Source of the DNA: Armatimonadia bacterium | Lineage (GTDB): Bacteria; Armatimonadota; Zipacnadia; Zipacnadales; UBA11051 | Assembly (NCBI GenBank): GCA_039683575.1 | Contig: JBDKRC010000243.1 | Coordinates: forward strand, 10,955 to 74,954 | Length of the DNA stretch: 64,000 nucleotides | Direction: 5' to 3' | Shown here: positions 19,860 through 28,775 of the stretch, in pieces | How the letters are laid out: the number at the start of each line of letters is the position of its first letter | Position numbering within the stretch: position 1 is the stretch's first letter | The notes under the pieces: model-generated | What the model was told of the DNA's origin: nothing | The model's database searches: none | What the model saw: the letters and a program-made list of their open reading frames with translations, nothing else | Translations under genes and position numbers: made by a program

Positions 19860-22328
19860 TTACTCTCCAATGATCTGGTAGCTGCCGCCGCCCTTGCCGC
19901 CAAACTTGACCTGTCGGCTCGTGACCTCTGCCGCCTCCAGCGCGCCCGTGCACGTCACAACCGGCGGCGTCTTGAACGCCGGCGTCAGCGCCACCACCTC
20001 GCCCGGCATTGCCGTTCCCGTCAGTACCCGCTGCTGGTCCATATTGGAGCGCGTGTCGTAGGTGTACACTCCCAGCACGCCCACCGGCCCGTCCACTGCC
20101 TCGAGCCGCACGGTGTGCGCGCCGTAGCCCAGCTCCCTGATACCCTTGCGGTTCTCCAGGAACTGCTCCTTGCCGGCCTGGTCCTTGAACGCCACATTGG
20201 CGGGCACGCTCAGCCGCTCCTGGCCGTCCACCGTGATCTTCAGCGTCCCCGGATTCGCCGCGTCAACATACGCCACTGCCAGATCAGTGCCGACTGCCTG
20301 AATGGTCACAGCCTCCCCCGGCTGGAGCATCACTTGCTTGTCCCCAAACGGTGCTCCCCATGCGCTCTGGAAGGGCTCTACCTTCTTGGCGCCGAGCTGC
20401 CAGCGCGGGTTGTCCATGGCCAGGAACTGCCGGTTCGGGGCGATCTTGCAGTCGGCTGCCGTCAGCTTCGGCTCCGCCCCGCAAATCTCGAGGATATGCC
20501 GGTCACCCAGCGACAGCTTCCCATACGCAAAGAGCGAGTTGCGGATGTCACGATTGGCCCCCGTTCGGCAGTCACGCTTCTTCTCGCCATCAATGAAGGC
20601 CACCGTCTTGGCATCCGCCGTGCTGCCCCAACAGTTCACCGTCGTATCGTCCAGCACCATCATGTTCCCCACGATCCGCGGGTTCGGCGCCGTGTAGGTG
20701 ACGATTTCGCCCTCCCAGCCATAGCTGGTCGGGTACAGCCGCCGCGGCAGCGTCTTCTGCGCGATCCCAGGTGCGATGGGGTCCGCAACCTCAAACGCCT
20801 CTTCCAGTGACTTGAACCAGACATAGTGCCCGGCCGCCTGTGGGTGCCCGTCAGACGGGCAGAGAGCATAGCGGTTCGCGTAGTTCATGAGCTGGTCAAT
20901 GCGGTTGCCCATGTCCATGAAGGGGATCTGGTAGTTCAGTGCCAGCTCCATCAAATGCCCGGTGTTCGGCGTATACCCTCGCATATTCTGCCACTGGCAG
21001 AAGATGAACTCGGTCTCGGGGTAGTTCCGCTGGAACCAGCGGATCGTCGCCTCAAAGATCGCGCCTTCATCCGGCTGGTCGGTCTTCTCATTGGCGCCAC
21101 TGCCAAACAGCACAAGGTCCGGTGCAGGGCCCTGGGGCCGCGTGAACAGCGCCGGGTACATCTCCTGCCAGGTCTTGCCCGCTGGCTGCCCGTTGACCTC
21201 AGGGCTCGGCGGCAGGCTAAGCGTCGCATACGCCTCTAGCCCGGAGGTAGCCTCAGATATGCACGATCCGTCGCAGGCCATGTAGTTGAGCAGCAACTTG
21301 TCTGGTGTGTAGTTGAACTTCCGAAGAAGCTCCGTTCGCAGCCGCCCGCCCCACGCGAAGTAATGCCGCCACTGTCCCACCGTCGCCGTCAGGTCGGGCC
21401 GCCCCACGACGTCCCCATTGAAGAGGTCGCCAGCGATTGGCTGCTTGAACTTCGGTGACGCCGGGTCCTCGTCGTACGCATAGAGTGGCGGGTTGGCGCT
21501 GCCGCGGTCAATGCTCGATCCCATCAGGATGATGTGCAGCGGCTCGCCGCGCCACAGCTTGCGCATCGTGCGCGGGATCATCCGGTATGCCGTCGGAGGC
21601 TGGCGCATCTCCTGGAGCCCTGGTGGCGGCGCCGTGGCGCCCTTGGCCAGCGACGGTGCGTAGATCGTGACCTCGGTGTCCTTGGAGACGTTCGTGAACT
21701 CGACCATCAACGCAATCGAGTTGGTCTGGTCATCCCCGGACTCATTCTTATGTATGAAGCTGCCCGGTATCGCGCAGTTCTCAACCTTGATCTGGAAATC
21801 GCCATTGGCCGTTCCCGACTTCGCCTGATAGGACGCCGCCTTCACGAGCTCCCCGCGCGAGTGCTTCGGAAACTCGCGCTGGTCGGCCTGGCCAAAGTCG
21901 CTCGGCTTCCACTTCCCGGTCTGGCTGTCAATCTTCAGCACATGCACGGCCGCCTGCAGGCTCTCTGGAGCCTTCTGCTGCCCATAGACCGACAGGCTCA
22001 CCACGTCTCCGTGCCGCAGGCCGACCTCCGGCAGGAAGATAACCTGGTTCATCCGCTTGCCCGGCTTGAGGGATACTACATTACGAGCAAACGTCTGCAG
22101 CTTGAGCCCCTCGGCATGCGGCGCCGAGATCACCGTCAAGTCGCTATAGGCGTCTGCGTCCCAACAGGCCACATATCCGGCCTTCCACGACGTCGCGGTC
22201 GCGGTGCGGCTGTTGTCGAAACAGTGAAAATCGAAATTCGGGTTCACCAGCAAATTCATGGGCGTCTGAGCCTCCAACGCGGCAACGCTAAAAACCAACA
22301 GCACGATCAAAGCAAGCTTGGTAGCCAT
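19860..22328 (-). CDS. Secreted multidomain SGNH/GDSL-like hydrolase
   Basis: Signal peptide MATKLALIVLLVFSVAALEAQ. Block-I-like HIILMGSSIDRG and distal GHPQAAGHYVW. Start taken at 22328. Confidence 0.55.
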   Translation of the reverse strand: MATKLALIVLLVFSVAALEAQTPMNLLVNPNFDFHCFDNSRTATATSWKAGYVACWDADAYSDLTVISAPHAEGLKLQTFARNVVSLKPGKRMNQVIFLPEVGLRHGDVVSLSVYGQQKAPESLQAAVHVLKIDSQTGKWKPSDFGQADQREFPKHSRGELVKAASYQAKSGTANGDFQIKVENCAIPGSFIHKNESGDDQTNSIALMVEFTNVSKDTEVTIYAPSLAKGATAPPPGLQEMRQPPTAYRMIPRTMRKLWRGEPLHIILMGSSIDRGSANPPLYAYDEDPASPKFKQPIAGDLFNGDVVGRPDLTATVGQWRHYFAWGGRLRTELLRKFNYTPDKLLLNYMACDGSCISEATSGLEAYATLSLPPSPEVNGQPAGKTWQEMYPALFTRPQGPAPDLVLFGSGANEKTDQPDEGAIFEATIRWFQRNYPETEFIFCQWQNMRGYTPNTGHLMELALNYQIPFMDMGNRIDQLMNYANRYALCPSDGHPQAAGHYVWFKSLEEAFEVADPIAPGIAQKTLPRRLYPTSYGWEGEIVTYTAPNPRIVGNMMVLDDTTVNCWGSTADAKTVAFIDGEKKRDCRTGANRDIRNSLFAYGKLSLGDRHILEICGAEPKLTAADCKIAPNRQFLAMDNPRWQLGAKKVEPFQSAWGAPFGDKQVMLQPGEAVTIQAVGTDLAVAYVDAANPGTLKITVDGQERLSVPANVAFKDQAGKEQFLENRKGIRELGYGAHTVRLEAVDGPVGVLGVYTYDTRSNMDQQRVLTGTAMPGEVVALTPAFKTPPVVTCTGALEAAEVTSRQVKFGGKGGGSYQIIGE

Positions 22329-22403
22329 TCCTGGAACCTCAAAGAAGAATTGTCGCCAGACTCTTCGCCGCCCCAGCATCCAAAGCCTCTCCCGCCAGAC
22401 ACG

Positions 22404-22496
22404 CACACTATCCCGCGTGGTAGGCACACTCCGTGTGCCGGAACTTGGTAGCGTGCCCAGAGGGTGTTCCGGCACACGGAGTGTGCCTACCACGCG
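22404..22496. repeat. Perfect 31-bp inverted repeat with 31-nt spacer; each arm contains a nested 7-bp hairpin
   Basis: CGCGTGGTAGGCACACTCCGTGTGCCGGAAC ... GTTCCGGCACACGGAGTGTGCCTACCACGCG, verified base by base. It lies between the CocE/NonD stop (22520) and the SGNH hydrolase start (22328). Confidence 0.85.
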
Positions 22497-22519
22497 ACAA
22501 GGGACACTTCACGAATGCT

Positions 22520-24331
22520 CTACGACTTGTCCATCACCGGCAGCAGGATACACGATTCCCTCCCCCTGCAGTGCCATACCACATTCTCAGCCACCCGCAT
22601 CCGCCTGTCCACACCTAGGGTGCCTCCGGTGTTCGGGTTCACATCAAAGCGCGGGTAGTTGCTGCTCGACACATCCACCCTGATTCGGTGGCCCTTGACG
22701 AACCGGTTCGCGGTCGGGTACAGCTCAAAGCTGATCCCATAGACCCTACCCGGCTCCGCCAGCGCCTCTTGCTCGAAGCCGTCGCGGAACCGCAGCCGCA
22801 GGATGCTGTCGGCGATGTTCAGTGCGCACCCGTCCGGATAGTTCGGCCCCGGCGGGTACACATCAATGAGCTTGGCTGTGAAGTCCGTATCCAGCCCGTC
22901 TGTCTGCACATAGAGCTTCACCACCAGCGGCCCGGCGATCACGACGTCCTCTTCCAGCGCTGGCGTCTGGAAACAAAGCACATCCTGGCGGGCTGATAGG
23001 GGCAGCGTCCCTTTGGTGAAGGGGAACCGTGGGTCGTTGCGCTGATCAAACCCGCCCGGCTGGATCGGCAAAGCCGACAGATTGCCGCCGATGGTCGGCA
23101 CCGGGTCGCTGGGGTCAAACAGATAGGTCGTCTTGTCATCCTCAGCCGTCGGCGGCTTGGTGGACAGCTCGCCGTTGCCATGCAGGTAGTAAGCCGTCTC
23201 CGTAGCTCCCGGTGGCGGCCAGCTTGCCGCCGTCCGCCATTCCCCTCCGTGCTCAATCGTCTTCCCGATGGCCTGCATGCCCTCGCCGCCGCCCATGACG
23301 AAGTACCGCACCGGCGGCGTCTCGTCGATGCCGGTCGGCAGGTCTTTCAGGAAGCGGTCAAACCACTGCAGCCTCAGGGTCTCATGGTGCGGAATGGCCC
23401 CCTGCGGCCCAAAGGCCAGGTCTCCCGCCGATGGCACGCCGATGCCGCCATGGTGCCACGGCCCCATCATCAGGCGTACCGGCGACTTTTGCCGCTTGCT
23501 CATCGCCATGTAGTTCGTAACCGTCGCTCGGGTGTAGGTGTCATACCAGCCGCCCAGGTACAGCGTCGGCACGTCCGCATGTTGGTCATACCATGGCTGG
23601 GGCCCATAGCCGGGCTGCTGCCAGTACTCGTCGTAGACTACCTTGGTGAGCAGGTCCAGACACCAGCGTTCATACGACGGCACGAGCCTCAGGGGCGTCT
23701 CGCCCTCACGGATTGGCTGCGCCCGCACCCAGTCCCAGGTGTTGGCTGCCGCCTCATCCGCCGCGGCCTTGATGTTGCAGTCCGCCTGGGCCTCCCGGCT
23801 CGTGGTCAGCATGCCGAAGGCGTATACAAAGAAACGCTGTTCCAGCGCGCCGTTATGCCGCATGGAGTGATGATAGTAGCTCGACGGCCCGTAGGTCGGG
23901 ATCATGGCAGCCAGATGCGGCGGGTTCAGCGAGGCCAGCGCCGTCTGTACCGCCGCCTCGTAGGACTGGCCACAAGTCCCTATCCGCCCATTGCACCACG
24001 GCTGGGCGGCCAGCCACTCAACGGTGTCATACCCATCCGGGCCCTCATGGGCAAAGGCGTAGAATTCGCCTTCTGACGCCCAGCGCCCCCGGACGTCCTG
24101 CGCGGCGAACACGTATCCGCGCTGGGCATAGAAGGCCCCCGTCGCGGCATGGTTGCGCTTGTCATAGGGCGTCCGCAGCAGCACTACCGGAAACTCTCCC
24201 GCGAGCGCCTTCCCATCACGCGCGGGCCGGTACAGGTCAACGGCCAACCTGACCCCATCACGCAAGGGCATCATGACATTGCTCTCGGCAATCGACTCAA
24301 ACTCCGGCGCTGAACAGACGATCTCTGACAT
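22520..24331 (-). CDS. CocE/NonD-family hydrolase (S15 X-Pro dipeptidyl-peptidase-like)
   Basis: GRWASEGEF and GQSYEA (GxSYxG nucleophile elbow). Start at MSEIV (24331) with RBS GAGAGGGAGAGG. Confidence 0.8.
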   Translation of the reverse strand: MSEIVCSAPEFESIAESNVMMPLRDGVRLAVDLYRPARDGKALAGEFPVVLLRTPYDKRNHAATGAFYAQRGYVFAAQDVRGRWASEGEFYAFAHEGPDGYDTVEWLAAQPWCNGRIGTCGQSYEAAVQTALASLNPPHLAAMIPTYGPSSYYHHSMRHNGALEQRFFVYAFGMLTTSREAQADCNIKAAADEAAANTWDWVRAQPIREGETPLRLVPSYERWCLDLLTKVVYDEYWQQPGYGPQPWYDQHADVPTLYLGGWYDTYTRATVTNYMAMSKRQKSPVRLMMGPWHHGGIGVPSAGDLAFGPQGAIPHHETLRLQWFDRFLKDLPTGIDETPPVRYFVMGGGEGMQAIGKTIEHGGEWRTAASWPPPGATETAYYLHGNGELSTKPPTAEDDKTTYLFDPSDPVPTIGGNLSALPIQPGGFDQRNDPRFPFTKGTLPLSARQDVLCFQTPALEEDVVIAGPLVVKLYVQTDGLDTDFTAKLIDVYPPGPNYPDGCALNIADSILRLRFRDGFEQEALAEPGRVYGISFELYPTANRFVKGHRIRVDVSSSNYPRFDVNPNTGGTLGVDRRMRVAENVVWHCRGRESCILLPVMDKS

Positions 24332-24418
24332 GGCCTCTCCCTCTCTTGCCACGAATCCCACTCCTCCCTCGCCGCATCCTCCCCATCCCGCCGTCATCCT
24401 GCCCATCCTGACAAGCAC

Positions 24419-26443
24419 TTACACCAGATCCACATCCAGGGCAATCATCCCTCGCGGCGGTACTCGCACATCCAGGTACTGTCCCTGTGGGTAGATGGGC
24501 TTGCCCGGGAAATGCCCCGCGATCCTCACCCCCGCCACCTCTCGCCGCATGTCCACCTTGTCGAGCACATAGAAATGCGCCTCATTCCCCACCATCAGGC
24601 GCACTGTCTTCTCCCCCGTCTCCAGCGCCAGCACTCGCAGGTCTTCCCGCTTGCTCATCACTACCGGCGCCTGGGTCAGCTCCGTCAGCACGTCCACACA
24701 CGCCTGCAGGAAGTCATCACTCACCGGCCGGAGGTACAGTTCGTAGAGGTAATTCCCCGGCTCAGGCATGTCCTCCGGGAGGCTCTCTTCGTCCACCGCG
24801 TCAATCACCGGCAGCTTCATCTCTCCGCCACCTAGCACCCCGCAAGCCAACTGCTCCGCCCCCTCACCCTCCGCAAAGGTCTCGACGCCGTTCGGCATCG
24901 CCCCCTGCCGCCCGATCATCACCACCGGCCCCCGGTCATACGCCATGACCGCCGCCAACTCCTCCTGCGCCAGAAGCTCTGGCCGCGGCACCAGCAGGCA
25001 CCCGCTCACCTCCCCGAGATCCCGCACATTCGCCACCACCTGCAGCGGCGCCCCGCGCTTCTGCAATTGCCCCGCGATTTTGTGCGGCGTCAGGTTTCGG
25101 TGCTCCATGTAATCCTCAAATCCTGCCTCCAACGCCGCCTCCGACCAAACCACGGTCGCCCCCAGCGGCCGCGTGGGCTGCGCCTCGTACGCCACCTGCC
25201 AGTTCTCCCGCAGCCACTTCCACTGCTCCCTCGTGATGCCGTCTGCCAGACACACCAGCGGTCCTGCCGATGCATGCTGCAGTGTGGGCCGGCTGAAGCT
25301 CGGCCCCTCCGGCGGCGCCACCACATACATGTGCCCCAGAGTGTATATCTCACGCTCACTGACCGCTGGCGCGTGGTTGAGTACGTCCCAGTTCTCGGTG
25401 GTATCGCCCGTCCCGTTGAGACAAAGCACTGGCGTCTCCGGCAAACAAGCCTTCATGAAGGCCGGCGCGAAGTTCAGATCGTGCCTCTGATCGATCCGTA
25501 TCCCGCTCTCCGCCCCAATGGAGCCGCCCGCCCCCACGGTCTCGGCCACAAACCCGTCTACCCCTGCCTTCACCAGCCTCCGGTAGTCCACCCCGTACCG
25601 GTATAGCGCCCCAAACGGCTCCTGCGTCCAGGCATTGTTGAGCACTACCTCCCGCCCCATGTCATGCAGCGCCCGGCATATCCTCCCCCAGAACTCCCCA
25701 AATCGCCGCGCGTAGAACTCGCACCACTCATGCCGCAGGTTTCTCCAGATATGGTCTGCGCGCTCCTCCCTCGCAGCGGGCGAGACGCCCGCACTACGCG
25801 CCGCAAATGGCAACTCCACTCCCATCATCGCCACGAACTGCTCCACCATGTCATCCGAGTAGTCGGCCACCCAGATCGGCTGTCGAGGGCTGCTGAACCC
25901 GTCCCCGCCGTGATAGCCGTCGAATCCGTAGTCCAGCATCACCGCCGCCACTCGCTCGGCGTAGAAATCCTCGTAGTAGCTCCCATCTGCAAAGCGCTTC
26001 AGGGGGTTCAGGCAATGCGAAGCCGCACCGTCGGCCCGCTCTTCGCAAAGCTCCGGATGCTCGCTGCTCCACGGGCTGCGGTAGAGCTCCCCGTCCACGA
26101 GGCTAACAAACGTATTGAAGACACAGAAGAAGACCTTGATGCCGCGCCGCTGCAACCCTTCAACGAGCCCCTTAAGCTGCCAGTTGGTCCACTGCTGCCG
26201 CTGTCGGTCAAGGTTGTAGGGCCGCCCGGCATACGAGCAGTAGTCAGGCGGGAAAGCCACCTCTTGTTCAAGCCCGTCATGCGTATGCACGAAATCGGGG
26301 CTGTATACGAACAGTGACAGCCCCTCCGGCACAAACCCAGAGTTGTCCAGGAACGCCGCGACGCCATAGTCCGCGGCTTCACTATCAAAACCGATCAGCT
26401 CGATCCACATCCAGCGCTCGCAGTTGGGCTTGATCTCGCTCAT
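24419..26443 (-). CDS. Cytoplasmic hypothetical protein, possibly glycoside-hydrolase-like
   Basis: 674-aa ORF with coding-like composition. It contains an in-frame copy of the 25-nt palindromic element, encoding RSAGVSPA. Confidence 0.5.
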   Translation of the reverse strand: MSEIKPNCERWMWIELIGFDSEAADYGVAAFLDNSGFVPEGLSLFVYSPDFVHTHDGLEQEVAFPPDYCSYAGRPYNLDRQRQQWTNWQLKGLVEGLQRRGIKVFFCVFNTFVSLVDGELYRSPWSSEHPELCEERADGAASHCLNPLKRFADGSYYEDFYAERVAAVMLDYGFDGYHGGDGFSSPRQPIWVADYSDDMVEQFVAMMGVELPFAARSAGVSPAAREERADHIWRNLRHEWCEFYARRFGEFWGRICRALHDMGREVVLNNAWTQEPFGALYRYGVDYRRLVKAGVDGFVAETVGAGGSIGAESGIRIDQRHDLNFAPAFMKACLPETPVLCLNGTGDTTENWDVLNHAPAVSEREIYTLGHMYVVAPPEGPSFSRPTLQHASAGPLVCLADGITREQWKWLRENWQVAYEAQPTRPLGATVVWSEAALEAGFEDYMEHRNLTPHKIAGQLQKRGAPLQVVANVRDLGEVSGCLLVPRPELLAQEELAAVMAYDRGPVVMIGRQGAMPNGVETFAEGEGAEQLACGVLGGGEMKLPVIDAVDEESLPEDMPEPGNYLYELYLRPVSDDFLQACVDVLTELTQAPVVMSKREDLRVLALETGEKTVRLMVGNEAHFYVLDKVDMRREVAGVRIAGHFPGKPIYPQGQYLDVRVPPRGMIALDVDLV
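25776..25800. repeat. 25-nt GC-rich palindromic element CGCGTAGTG(C/T)GGGCGTCTCGCCCGC. Copies at 1802..1830, 15548..15578, 25776..25800 (inverted), and a degenerate one at 32716..32745.
   Basis: Copies 2 and 3 are identical over 25 nt; copy 1 differs at 1 nt. Core hairpin GCGGGCG-TCT-CGCCCGC. Confidence 0.8.
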
Positions 26444-26608
26444 GGCTGGCCTCGATGTCTCACAAAGATAAGCCCGGCATCGCTGCCGGGCACATGACTC
26501 CGCAGTGGGACGGGCTATACTACGACAACGTGACCTTCAACTCCTGCCCCGCAGAAATAATGATCGGCTGTACCATGGCCTCCCCGGGCGGCCACCTGTG
26601 CTCTGACG

Positions 26609-26650
26609 CAAAAAAGCAGGCGGCACCTGATGGTCATGTGCCGCCTGCTT
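26609..26650 (-). terminator. Intrinsic terminator after the Met-rich protein gene
   Basis: 13-bp stem AAGCAGGCGGCAC/GTGCCGCCTGCTT followed on the minus strand by TTTTTTG. Confidence 0.6.
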
Positions 26651-26690
26651 GAGGATCAGACCTTGCTGCTGTTCCCACCGTTATTCCGGC

Positions 26691-27680
26691 TTACTTCCTC
26701 CGGGTCTCCATCGTCATCTGCGCGTTCTCGATGCTGGCCGGAATGTGCATCTCCTGGCCGGCCATGGCCGCCGGTACGGTCAGCATCATCTGCATGTTCT
26801 GACAGAGGTTCATCTCGCTGACCGCCACCACGCCAGCCTCAATGTCGAAGTGGTTCACAAACGCCAACGCCACGTCCAGGCTCGTGATGTTCACATTCAC
26901 CGGCATGCCCATCGCTGCGCCGCCGGGCATCTGGCCCTGCGCAGTGAGGCGCGCCTGGCCCTCAATCTTGGCCATCCGGCGGCCCTCGACGACCTCGAAC
27001 CCCGCCAGCTTCATCGTGCTCGCCCCGGTCATGGTCGCCTCGCCCAGCTTAGCCTCGTCCTTGAGCTCCCACGTGTCTCCGACCTTCACCGCCTGCTCTG
27101 GTAGCGCCGAGGTCAGCGCGCCGAGCTTACCGAAGTCAACGCCACCCAGACCGGACGGGTTGAACATCGCGGCCATGGCTTTGGCCGTCTCGGGGTCCGG
27201 TGTGGTTTTGCCCAGTGGGTCCATCGTCATCTTCATCGTCTGCGACAGCATCTGCTGCATCTTCTTCATGTTCTCATCCAGCGGCTGCACCTGCCCGTTG
27301 ACCGTCGTGCAGACCGCTCCGTCCTTCCAGGAGACAACCACCTCGGTCGGCTGCCCCATCACCTGCATCGTGGTCCGGATGGTCATGCAGGGCATCGTCT
27401 GCTCGAAATGCCCGCCCTGCGCATCCACGCTCGCGGTCTTTTGCATCATGTCCATTGTCATGTCCATGATGATGTCAAAGGCCATGTTCGCCCCGCCCGC
27501 TTCAGGGCCGGGGGTGATCGACATCGGCATCGTCCCCGTCCCCTTCATCGCAAGCTCAGCCGTCTGTCCCGGCACGAACTTGTAGCGCAGAGTCACTGCC
27601 TCATCCTGCGCCCAAACCCCCGTCGCCGTCAGCGCCAACAGCAATACCACCAGCGTGGACAGTCTGCCAGAATGCCTCAT
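26691..27680 (-). CDS. Secreted methionine-rich protein (hypothetical)
   Basis: Start at MRHSGRLSTLVVLLLALTATGVWAQ with RBS GGGAGGA. Met-rich stretches: MTMDMMQ, MKKMQQMLSQTMKMTMD and CQNMQMMLTVPAAMAGQEMH. Confidence 0.6.
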   Translation of the reverse strand: MRHSGRLSTLVVLLLALTATGVWAQDEAVTLRYKFVPGQTAELAMKGTGTMPMSITPGPEAGGANMAFDIIMDMTMDMMQKTASVDAQGGHFEQTMPCMTIRTTMQVMGQPTEVVVSWKDGAVCTTVNGQVQPLDENMKKMQQMLSQTMKMTMDPLGKTTPDPETAKAMAAMFNPSGLGGVDFGKLGALTSALPEQAVKVGDTWELKDEAKLGEATMTGASTMKLAGFEVVEGRRMAKIEGQARLTAQGQMPGGAAMGMPVNVNITSLDVALAFVNHFDIEAGVVAVSEMNLCQNMQMMLTVPAAMAGQEMHIPASIENAQMTMETRRK

Positions 27681-27817
27681 AAGATCCTCCCTATGCGGAT
27701 CGTGGATACCTTCACCCAGCGGGCAACAACCGATCTCGGCGGCCGTTGCCGTTCGCCGTCTCTGGAACCTGGGCCCTGTAGCCTGAGCCCCGACAAGATG
27801 AAGATGATCCTTAGACA

Positions 27818-28702
27818 CTATACGAACATAAATGGTTGCGTCCAAGCCTTGCGACCTGCCGGATCAACTACCTCCACCCGCACCATCTCCCAGGCCTCCG
27901 GAACCGTGAACTGCACCTCAGTGAAGGGACCAACCTGTCCGTTCCGATGCGTAGTCATGCCCACTCCGGGCCTCGGGTTAACGAGCCGCACCTCCTGGGC
28001 CGGTGAGCACTTGATCCGGAGACTCCGCCCTGCGATCTCTACCGCCTCTATAGACGGTCCATTGCTCGCATAGAATCGGCCTTTTTTCACAGCCGCCAGA
28101 ATTGCGTCCTCCGTGCACTGCTCCGCCTTCACCATGACCCACCCGCCGAGAGCGTCCGGATAGTGCCAGTGCGCGTCATCCACGGCCAGTCCCAACGGCT
28201 GCTGCCCGCGCGCCCATAGCTCATCCCATTGCACCGACGATTCCCCCCGTCCGATCCCCCGGTGACAAGTGGGGTTGTAGACCTCGATGCCAAGGTGTCC
28301 CCGCAGCGGCAGCAGGTCCGTATAGGTGAGTGAACTCCAGCTCGGATGCGCAACCCAGCACACTTCGCCGACGCTCAAGGCGGCGTCAATGATCTCCTGA
28401 ACCGGCATATCGGTGGTGCACGGCACCGCCGCTGACAGGCCCAGGGCCACAACATGGTAATGCTGCCCCAGTTCCGCCCGCCCGCCGTTGATCTCGCTGC
28501 CGGGGATCAGCAACATCCCGTGACCATCCAGCCCTGACGGATCGGTGAGCTTGTTGTGGTCGGTAATAGCCAGGAAGTCATAGCCGTGCTCCGCATAGAT
28601 GTCCGCAATCTGCTGCGGGCTAGGCTCCCCATCCGATTCATTGCTATGGGTGTGCAAATTGCCCTTGAACCACTGACCGGCCGCGGCGAATGCGTTTTCC
28701 AT
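27818..28702 (-). CDS. PHP-domain metal-dependent phosphoesterase
   Basis: GNLHTHSNESDG...LAITDHN...AHP, matching PHP family motifs. Confidence 0.75.
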   Translation of the reverse strand: MENAFAAAGQWFKGNLHTHSNESDGEPSPQQIADIYAEHGYDFLAITDHNKLTDPSGLDGHGMLLIPGSEINGGRAELGQHYHVVALGLSAAVPCTTDMPVQEIIDAALSVGEVCWVAHPSWSSLTYTDLLPLRGHLGIEVYNPTCHRGIGRGESSVQWDELWARGQQPLGLAVDDAHWHYPDALGGWVMVKAEQCTEDAILAAVKKGRFYASNGPSIEAVEIAGRSLRIKCSPAQEVRLVNPRPGVGMTTHRNGQVGPFTEVQFTVPEAWEMVRVEVVDPAGRKAWTQPFMFV

Positions 28703-28775
28703 GCTTCATCCCTCTCACGAGAGTAGTCTTCTGTCTCCCTATTCCCACCCGATCCTGGAGCACCTCTGCTCCGAT

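Noticed and set aside
22404-22496. Long inverted repeats (here and at 45247..45341) as ordinary rho-independent terminators
   Set aside because: The stems are 24-31 bp with 31-39-nt loops, and neither strand has a U-tract after the stem. Canonical terminators in this window (18903, 26609, 38879, 43253) have 9-13-bp stems plus T-runs.
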